The notes under the pieces were generated by a model. That model searched no databases, was not told where the DNA came from, and saw only the letters and a program-made list of their open reading frames with translations. Position numbers and translations under genes: made by a program. A DNA stretch of 63,830 bases, counting the filler, from Squatina squatina (Eukaryota): NCBI GenBank assembly GCA_031763465.1. It is 4 parts of 4 records of this genome, joined end to end, with 100 filler letters (N's around TTAATTAATTAA, not from the genome) between each part and the next. Parts side by side here need not be neighbours in the genome. Positions count along the whole stretch, not along the records: positions 32,171 to 49,343 come from JARFOE010000038.1; positions 49,444 to 63,830 come from JARFOE010000013.1; 2 more parts are not named here. One strand, written 5' to 3'. Shown in pieces: positions 49,011 through 58,527 of the stretch (position 1 is the first letter of the stretch; each line of letters begins with the position of its first letter).

Positions 49011-49343
49011 CAGTGTGCACAGTTCTGGTCTCCATATCATACTTGAAGCACTGTGCACAGTTCTGGTCTCCATATCACAGTTAGAGCACTGTGCACAGTT
49101 CTGGTCTCCATATCACAGTTAGAGCACTGTGCACAGTTCTGGTCTCCATATCACACTGAGAGCACTGTGCACAGTTCTGGTCTCCAATTCACACTGAAAG
49201 CACTGTGCACAGTTCTGGTCTCCACATCACACTGAAAGCACTGTGCACAGTTCTGGTCTCCATATCACACTGAGAGCACTGTGCACAGTTCTGGTATCCA
49301 TATCATACTGAAAGCACTGTGCACAGTTCTGGTCTCCATATCA
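49011..49343 (+). repeat. 38-bp minisatellite, ~8.8 copies
   Basis: CACTGTGCACAGTTCTGGTCTCCATATCACACTGAGAG-type units start at 49011, 49049, 49087, 49125, 49163, 49201, 49239, 49277 and 49315. Confidence 0.95.
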
Positions 49344-49443
49344 NNNNNNNNNNNNNNNNNNNNNNNNNNNNNNNNNNNNNNNNNNNNTTAATTAATTAAN
49401 NNNNNNNNNNNNNNNNNNNNNNNNNNNNNNNNNNNNNNNNNNN
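49344..49443. other. Synthetic scaffold-join linker (44N-TTAATTAATTAA-44N)
   Basis: Same structure as the two earlier linkers. Confidence 0.95.
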
Positions 49444-49730
49444 CTCCAATCCCTCGCCTGATATTGTGCTGGAATATAGTTCCAAGGATATCTGGTGATC
49501 CTCCAATACCTCGCCCGATACTGTGCTGGAATATTGTTCCAAGGATATCTGGTGGTCTTCTGATGGGTTGAGTGATATCTTTCTGGAGCATGTTTCCAAG
49601 GATGCTGTTGGTTTTTTGACCTCAACTGGTATCTTGCTGGAGTATACTTTCATGGATGCTGCTGGTCCTCCAATACTTTGCCTAGTATCTTGCTAGAATA
49701 TGATTAGATGCCGGTGGACCTCTGATAACT
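49444..49730. repeat. Degenerate ~57-bp tandem repeat, ~5 copies
   Basis: 49444-49500 and 49501-49557 are near-identical; later copies decay. Confidence 0.8.
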
Positions 49731-50689
49731 TGTCAAGTACCTATTCTTTGTATAAACCATGACAATTTAGCATGCACTAAATCCCGAACTTGTGACCTGT
49801 CAAGTTATGACTTTACAGTTGATCCCCATCAACGGGAAAATACTCGTTGCTGGTGCAGAGTTGGGCTAATTGTTCACCAACTGCCCAGCAGTTATGGATG
49901 AAAATATTACGGTTAGTGAGAGCAGGTGCAGGAGCCTGTTTCATTGTGAAAGCAACCACCTTTCCATTCCTTTGTAGGTTGTTTGTGTTGAAGCTGCGTC
50001 AATGCTGAAAATAATAAGCATTTGCATCCAGCCAGAATCATGTCTTCTCTTTAAAAGTTGGCAACCATGGTTAAAGAATTTAAGGCTGTAAATCCCCTTG
50101 TTCAGCAGCAGCTAAAATGCTTAAAGGAGTGTATTATTTTCATTTATTAAAAGGGTTTTTTTTAATTTTAGACTGGCAGTAAATCATTTGATATATTGAA
50201 TAAGTAAGGCAGCTCGTACTGGAAATTTGACTAATACTTTCAGTATCTGGAATGGTCTGGCATATGTAGTAGTCTGAAACCTGATTTCTTTAATATATGC
50301 GTGTAGAAGACAGCTTGCCTGCTTTCATTTTGTTACACATGTCGCATAATGTAAAATACGTAATTATGTTAATATTATAATTGCCCCTTTAAATCAATCG
50401 TATGATATAAAGAAATCTGAATGGTAATTTTAAAAAGATCGACCATTAATTAAAGTAGCGGTAATGCATTGGGTATTGTATCATAATGAGAGCTAATGAA
50501 GCCCTATAGTTAAATGACTCACAGTAAATTCATGTGTCGGCAGTTGGTTACCAGTGGCAACCTATCTCATTCAGTGGTAAATGTGCAGTAACATTATCTT
50601 ACACCGGGCGATCCAAGCAAATCTTCCTTTGTCTACAGCAAATATGTATAATTGAAGTTTTATGCATTGACATACTTGGTTTTGCATGT

Positions 50690-50882
50690 CAGTACTGCCC
50701 CACTTGACAGTGCAGCATTCTATCAGTACTGCCCCTCCGACAGTGCAGCACATCCTCAATACTGACCCTCGGACAGTGCAGCGCTCCCTCAGTACTGCCC
50801 CTCCAACAGTGTAGCGCTCCCTCAGTACTGCCCCTCCGACAGTGCAGCGCTCCCTCAGTACTGCCCCTCCGACAGTGCAGCG
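50690..50882. repeat. 33-bp minisatellite, ~6 copies
   Basis: CAGTACTGCCCCTCCGACAGTGCAGCGCTCCCT units run into a gap. Confidence 0.93.
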
Positions 50883-51723
50883 NNNNNNNNNNNNNNNNNN
50901 NNNNNNNNNNNNNNNNNNNNNNNNNNNNNNNNNNNNNNNNNNNNNNNNNNNNNNNNNNNNNNNNNNNNNNNNNNNNNNNNNNAGGATTATAAGACTTGTC
51001 CAGAAATCAGTATTGTTTTAATATTTGGGAGAACAATATTGCCTAAGGGTCATCATTTGGTTCAAAACTGGGTTTGGAGGAGTGTTGCGCACTCCTTTGT
51101 CATTGAGTGCGATTACAGAGTGATGTAGCACTCTGCCATCGAGCACAGGAATTATATTCATCCGGCTCCGCAGAAGCCTAATTAAACAGCAGAAAACAAA
51201 ATTTTATTTGTAGGACATTTCTCCAAAGGTAGCAGATAAAAAAAATTACCAGTGTCCTTCCATCGCTGAGAGAAACATAATGAAAAATGGTTTGGTATTA
51301 TTGCAAAACAATTGTCTGTAGTGTAATCAAGTCTGTTTCGCCCTCCAACTACACCAGAATATAATGATACATGTATCATTAAGCAGCTGCCATGGATGCC
51401 TAAGGACACTGGAGAATTTATGATGGGACAGGAAAAGACAAACTAGTTCATCTAGCCTGTACCCATACAGCAACTAAGTGTTATGATTCCCAATGCTCCA
51501 TATCCACCAGCAGTCATGTAAACCCTAGGCAATTCAGAAAAGGAAATAAAACTGGGGAATTCCTCTTCAGCCCCTGATGGCAATCAAAACGAGCTCCAGA
51601 AGACAACAATGGCCAGGAGGCACATCACTCAACAGCCCATCTAGCTTTTGTATGCAGTGATGTCAGTCTTGGCCAGCAACTTGTCCAGTTCCCTTTTGAA
51701 ATTCTTTCCTCTGATATAATCAA

Positions 51724-51887
51724 CCAGAAATTACTGTTGCCAATATTGTGCATGACATTCTTTTGTTTGCAATTTTAGCAGCAATGTTAAACCACAAGCT
51801 GACCCCTGTATCAAAAAAGTGGACATAGGAAGCTCATGCAAATATGTTAAGTGCTCATCTGCTAATATTGCCAACAGCAATTTCTAG
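51724..51887. mobile_element. MITE with 24-bp imperfect terminal inverted repeats
   Basis: CCAGAAATTACTGTTGCCAATATT ... AATATTGCCAACAGCAATTTCTAG (3 mismatches). Confidence 0.6.
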
Positions 51888-51893
51888 AATAAT

Positions 51894-52210
51894 GGCCCTG
51901 ATTTTGCAATCGGAGGCTTCCTGCGTGCAGCTGCCTCCAATCGCAAAAATGTCTACGAGCTTACCTGACAGTCCTGGATCCACGTGAGCTTGCGATTTTC
52001 TGCCCCCACAATTGGGCATTCGGAGCGGGGCTCTGTTCTTTCCTGTCTAAGTCCTGCGGAGAGACTGGAGAGGTCACATGGGAGGCCCCAACCAATCAGG
52101 TAGGAGTACCTCTCATTCAAGCTTTGACAGATCTGTCAAAGCTTGAATGAGAGATACAAAACTACACAAGCACATCCAAAAACATTTTAAAAACGATTGT
52201 AACATTAAAA
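51894..52210 (+). mobile_element. MITE-like element start with a subterminal hairpin
   Basis: Same family as 30873-31025 (opposite orientation) and probably 22763-22787. Confidence 0.7.
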
Positions 52211-52770
52211 NNNNNNNNNNNNNNNNNNNNNNNNNNNNNNNNNNNNNNNNNNNNNNNNNNNNNNNNNNNNNNNNNNNNNNNNNNNNNNNNNNNNNNNNNN
52301 NNNNNNNNNNACTGTCGATGACTTCACGCTGCACACAGGTGATATTTCACACCAGTGAAAAACAATGGGAATGTAACACTCATCTAAAATATCATCTCAT
52401 AATCTGAGGCTTGTGGAACTATTTATAGCAGCAACAACAAATTAACTAGGAAGAAATGTCTCAAGGTGCTTAAACCTCCAACCCCCCTCCCCCCGCCTCG
52501 CACATTAAACAGAAAGTACATCGACTTTCTAAGGATTTTGGTTTGGTACAAAAGGTATTTTCATGCACTTGGCATCTGAACATAACTTTTAACACAGAGA
52601 CTTGGGAAAAATTGAGGTACTTGTACACATGGAGAGCAGGGCTGTCAACATCAGAGAGAAACTCGGAGTGGTATTTACATAATTACATAGAATCTACAGC
52701 ACAGAAACAAGCCATTTTGGTCCAACTGGTCTATGCTGATGTTTGAATTCCACACGAGCTACTGCAGTTA

Positions 52771-52919
52771 CACTGGGACCCCGCTATTGCGGAATCCACA
52801 TTGCGGGACCGCGTTATAGCAAGGTCTTTTTATAGCGCCGGTTTAAATGTGGTCCAAGACAGACCTGCGTTAAACAGAATACTGCGCTATAGCGGGCTGC
52901 GCTGTAGTGGGGTCCAATG
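52771..52919. mobile_element. Tc1/mariner (pogo/Tigger-like) MITE with TA target-site duplication
   Basis: TA|CACTGGGACCCCGCTA ... TAGTGGGGTCCAATG|TA, inserted into a reverse LINE tail (52683-53030). Confidence 0.75.
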
Positions 52920-53680
52920 TACTACTTCTCACCTTGCCCCCCATAACCCTCTCTTCCATTCTCCCACGAGTATGCATCAAGGCTCCCCTTCAATGTGTTT
53001 CAACCACTACATATGGCAGAGAAGTCCACTTTTTTTTTAAAAAGCAAACTGAACCTCCTAAATTTATTCTTTGTCTTTATTTTGTATCACACGCAAGTGC
53101 AAATGGCTTCTGCTTGCTATGCAGTGACACCTGCTAGAAAGGACATATACATGAATGTCAAGTGAGCACAGGTTCAGCTTCAGTTCTGGTGTCTTCCATG
53201 ATCACATACTTGCTGACACTTGTTACCCAGGCTAACTGATGAGTTATTGAAGGAGGACCAGCATCTGTGTCTAACAAGGCCACTCTGCACCAGACAGATT
53301 AGGTAGTTGTGTAGAGCTTAGTCGTGCTGTCACCAGTGATTTCCCACACCACAACATTCTGTTCATCTTTCTTCGAACATCGGTAGCCTAGGAGAGTGGT
53401 TTGTGTGTTTTAAGCATTCACAAGACCACAACATAGACTATCCAGCTTATCCCAGCTCATCCATCCAAAAAGAACCTACGAACCTCTCCATCAAACCATC
53501 TAATTGTAGACTGAGTCAGGGTTTTTGCCTCCAGTTATCCAACCTAGAAGTTAAAATGTCTTTCCTTTGGGAGCAGAGCTGTACATGGGATGACTTGTGA
53601 GTCATCTGTTATTTTGTTGCACTATTTTGGGTCCTCTTCCTCTTTAGTTTCCCCCTCCCCTACAACGCACACATTCCATT

Positions 53681-53746
53681 TGTCAGCCGTGGCTCAGTGG
53701 GCAGCACTCTCCCCTCTGAGTCTGAAGGTTGTGGGTTCAAGTCCCA
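53681..53746 (+). mobile_element. tRNA-derived SINE head (Pol III A and B boxes)
   Basis: TGGCTCAGTGG (A box) and GGTTCAAGTCC (B box); cut by a gap. Confidence 0.75.
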
Positions 53747-56700
53747 NNNNNNNNNNNNNNNNNNNNNNNNNNNNNNNNNNNNNNNNNNNNNNNNNNNNNN
53801 NNNNNNNNNNNNNNNNNNNNNNNNNNNNNNNNNNNNNNNNNNNNNNTCCTAACGTTCACAATCCTGATCACTATCAAGTAAGCCTTGGAACTACGCGTGT
53901 GCGGGTATTGGTTGAGGAACAAAAAGAAGTGCAGCTTATCCTCTTGAAGTGCCTTGGGACATTTTACTTCGTTAAAAGGTGCCATATAAATAAGTTGTCA
54001 TTGTTATGAAGCACTTAATTAGCATTGTCTAAGAAGCTCAGCAGTGACAGGGTTAAGCCATTTTAAAATCTTTGCATGTTTAACATATTCTGTTCTCCAA
54101 TCTTTTGCATGACTTTGGTGCATTCAGCACAATAGCACCAGTAACTTTTGTCCTCCTTTCAGCTATGCTATCTTTGCCAGCAAAGCCACAAGGGATTGGC
54201 TTGCTGCACAGAAACTTCTTTCACTTAATCAATGACCTTGTTGCCATAGCAGTGTAACATAAGGTGCCACAGATGATGACTTGATTTCTTTTCCCATCTG
54301 AAGTGGAAAGGGGAAGACAGACTAAATGAAATCCCATCCATCTTAATGAAATACAATTATTTTGTCCTTATTAATCATTTAAAAATCAATATGTCTCTTC
54401 TCGGGTGAACTCACACCGAAATTCGTCATTTTGCATCAAGTCTCAATACATCTTGTCTTGTGGAGATTTCCCAGGTTTGGTCACCTGAATGCCTTTTCAT
54501 GCAGCCACACTTGCAGCCTAGATTGTGAGTGCGAGAGTAGTTAATGGCAGGGAGAAGGGAGCTGAAACAGCAGCTCATGACAACTATTAGTGCCTCTTCT
54601 ATAAAGCGACATCTGTTGTTGCTAATGGGAACTTATTGATTAAGTTAATAACCTGAATAAGCTACTAAAATTATTTGCCACAGTTCACAATCATTAGGAA
54701 GGTTCCTCATCAGTAACAAGGTGCTTTCATTGTGTTCTTTTTCACAGGAGTGGGATTACCTGGCAAGAAAATAAACTTCACATTTTTAATAGTTAATAGC
54801 AGGTGATTGAAGCAGGAGGGTTAAGAGATGTTAACTTTACATTCTACAGTATCACAGATCCAATGACTGATTTGTGAGGTTCATAACAAAAGTCAGTGTG
54901 CATATTTTACATATACAGTCATTGGTAAACAAATTATTGTAAAAACATTTCCAAGAAAGGATTGGATGAAATATTTATAGAAATTCAAGTAGGGATGTTT
55001 CAAATGTAGTTAGGCAATAATCCTGTAGAACTCATACTGCATAAGTTGCATCTTGTTGAAAGCAGTTATATTATTGTTTAAAAGACATTTGTAATACAGG
55101 CGCCAGAACCCACTTATGTCTGTGGTGCATTGTTTTCCCTAAATCACCATTTTCGGCCGTGTTTCTGCTGTTAATATTCTAAAGGCTCATTTTATGCTTC
55201 CATAGTTGTGGCTTTCCATGGTTGAAAGAAAATTGCTGTGGTACCAGATTGGTGCCTTTCATTTAATCCCTCAAAATTTCCTTGTTAATGATGTTCCTGA
55301 AATTGTTCCACAGCAGTGGCTGAGAGTATTGGATCTAATAGTTAATGTGCGGGAATGAGATGGCACAGATTCAATACCTTCCCCCGCACCACTAATGATC
55401 TGAGCCATAACAAAGGGACTTTGCACAAGCAACCATTAACAAAAATCTGCAAGGCGGCTTCTTACTGTCCTTCTTAGTAATGAAAGCCATGAGTGCCAAT
55501 TAGTGCCAACTTATTTGCCATGTAGAATCACATTAAAATGGAGCACATTTTTGGATATTAGAAGTAAGACAGCAGACTGAATGATTTAGACCTTGTGAGA
55601 TTTCGGTCTTTTTGCAAATAGGTGTAAAGNNNNNNNNNNNNNNNNNNNNNNNNNNNNNNNNNNNNNNNNNNNNNNNNNNNNNNNNNNNNNNNNNNNNNNN
55701 NNNNNNNNNNNNNNNNNNNNNNNNNNNNNCATTTTCGCAGACTCATCACGGTAGCTGTCAGTTTATACGCAGAACCCTTCGCAACCCAAGTTAACAATAA
55801 CAGTGGAGGCTGTGTCTGCACAAGCACGGACCGACGTGCCTCGAGTTTTCACTCGGAGAGTTTTCTTCAATAAAAGGAAATGGCATGCGCCATAAATGAT
55901 GCCTTGTTGCTAGGCAATAACATCCTTGAGTTGGCGAACATTCAAACCCATGTTACAGAGCAAAGGCACTTTAGTGTTACTCCCTACGTGGCTCTGATGA
56001 GGATATTATGTTTGAACAGCTCATAAAGGCTTTGAGGTCAATACAAGATTTGCTCTAACTTGTTCACCCAATGTGCAAGGGACCCCAAAATACATCAAAC
56101 CATCAGACAGCCCAGAATATTGAATGCACAACCTAATCTCCCCTGTGTTTTTAAACAATTTACAGCATTGTAGGCATGGGTGAGGTTTCCAATGATGGAG
56201 AACATTCCAAAGAAACTTCTCTGTCAAACGGAGATGAGATAATTAGATCCAGGTAATACATTGAAGCCCCATTTGGGAGCCCGAGCACAAACAGGTCATC
56301 TTTATTTTGCTAGCTTGGTCTCAGGAAGCCACAGGAAGCTGTTGGTATAATTTGTGCGGAATTCATCAGGCACTGGGAACAGAACTGGAGCAATAAACCC
56401 ATCATCACTGTATCAGACTCATCACCACGAGACCTGACATATCAGGTGTTCCTGAACAGCCAGGAACTTTCCATTGCAAAAGACTTGATGAAAGAGAAAA
56501 CACTTCTAAATACTTAATCAATCAAAACATGCTCTGAAGAAAACAGTGCAATATAATTATTATAATGGAAGCAGTTTTGGATAGGTGAGGCATTTTTTAC
56601 TATCTGGTTAGTGTAACACCTGGTTTGTCTGAATAGGAACAGAAGCTTTTACATATTTGATTTTCTACATGCTACACGTTTGGTACAGGTTATATGATGG

Positions 56701-58160
56701 GGGAGCAGCACTTTATTAGAAAATAAACCAGAGTGCACAGCTGTCAACATTGATGAAATGGTAGAAGTGATATTTATGATCACAAAGAGTAAAACAGATT
56801 GCAAATCCATTTAAACAAATGTTGCAGAGCTGGTTTCTAAGAATGACAAGTAGCAAATGAGTGTTATCCCTAATGATCAAGAATTGACAACTCTTAAGAG
56901 TGGCACTTGATATAATAAATCAGGAAGCCCACAGGCGTTAAGTGAATGAGAGGGCAGGCTGAAAAAGTGCTTCAAGGCCAGACTAACAAAGTGGGCTAAG
57001 TGCAAAGGAAAANNNNNNNNNNNNNNNNNNNNNNNNNNNNNNNNNNNNNNNNNNNNNNNNNNNNNNNNNNNNNNNNNNNNNNNNNNNNNNNNNNNNNNNN
57101 NNNNNNNNNNNNAGCATAACTGCAAATATATACATGCTATCACTAATAAATACAGAAACTGGATTTCCAAATTATGATGCAAATATAAACCACGGTTGGT
57201 GGGGGTTGGGGATTTATGAAACATTTAACGGCATGAATATTTGTAGTTTTACAGCACAATTCCCAGTGAGGCCATTCAACAAGGCTTTGGAAAACAACAC
57301 TCTGACATAAAACAGCGCATTTGGCACCAAGCTGGATTCAAAGGCAAAGCCACCACCCATTGTGCTATTCTCGGTGCGGACAAAAGCGCTGCGGCTTTTT
57401 TTGTGTAATAAAAGTAAATAAACGTAAAACAGCTCAAGGAAAATTGGTGGCCTGCCAATCACTGCCTTATATCAACTGGCAACAGGAAAGTCGCTGGAGT
57501 CAGTAACTCTTCTCTGATTAGGGCTGAAGTTGAATCAGAAAAAGAAATTGGCTGCAGAGTTGGGAGTGCTTGCAAATGGGGCGGAGATCCCAAAATACTT
57601 TCATCCATTGAATACTGAAGGTCCTTTACACTATTTTCTCCCCCACATAATTTAATAATTGTGCTGAGTAAAATCTAGTTTTCATTACTTCTTTTGGGGA
57701 CACATTGGCAATTTAAAAAAAAATCTGTAATGGCAACCATAAAGTAGGTGAATGATTTCTAGATGGCCGATGTGTTCAATTGGCTTGAAAAGGACCTCAT
57801 TTAGGAAAATGATTCGGTTTAGTTTTCTACCTCTGGTAAACCAGCAAAAAAATATTCAAAGGCACAAAATCAAGGGTTTGCGNNNNNNNNNNNNNNNNNN
57901 NNNNNNNNNNNNNNNNNNNNNNNNNNNNNNNNNNNNNNNNNNNNNNNNNNNNNNNNNNNNNNNNNNNNNNNNNNNNNNNNNNNNNNNNNNNNNNNNNNNN
58001 NNNNNNNNNNNNNNNNNNNNNNNNNNNNNNNNNNNNNNNNNNNNNNNNNNNNNNNNNNNNNNNNNNNNNNNNNNNNNNNNNNNNNNNNNNNNNNNNNNNN
58101 NNNNNNNNNNNNNNNNNNNNNNNNNNNNNNNNNNNNNNNNNNNNNNNNNNNNNNNNNNNN

Positions 58161-58527
58161 TATCAAAAGGAAGAGAGCAGCAAAAGTAAATGTTGATCCC
58201 TTAGAGGCTGAGAAATTATTATGGGGAATAAGGAAATGGCAGAAATGTTAAACAAATATTTTGTATCAGTCTTCACAGTAGAAGATGCAAAAAGCATACC
58301 TAAAATGGGTGAGAACAAAATAAAGATGAATGAGGGTGAGGAACTTAATGTAATTAATATAAGTAAAGAAAAAGTACAAAAGAAACTAATGGGATTTAAA
58401 GCTGACAAATCCCCTGGACCAGACAGCCTACTTCCAAGGTTTCTAAAAGAGGTGGCTGGAGAGATAGTAGATGTATTAGTTTTGATCTTCCAAAATTCCC
58501 TTGGTCCCAGGATGGTCCCAGTGGATC
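58161..58527 (+). mobile_element. CR1 LINE ORF2 EN-RT linker / RT start
   Basis: GNKEMAEMLNKYFVSVFTVED...LMGFKADKSPGPDSLLPRFLKEVA...LIFQNSL...VPVD. Confidence 0.9.

Noticed and set aside
51251-51266. Possible minus-strand micro-exon (CTCTCAG-CGATGGAAGGACACTG-GTAATT)
   Set aside because: It is 16 bp, frame-disrupting and has no host gene on that strand; such splice-like matches are common by chance.
53681-53746. tRNA gene
   Set aside because: A and B boxes are present but the sequence matches the SINE head also seen at ~2376, and no complete cloverleaf is visible.
55490-55512. LF-SINE-like TTGGCACTAATTGGCAC motif on the minus strand
   Set aside because: The match is too short and I could not extend it by eye.
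3102-58160. Long ORFs dominated by X (for example 2957..4012, 11210..12163, 26505..27485, 39847..40752)
   Set aside because: They are open only because N runs contain no stop codons.
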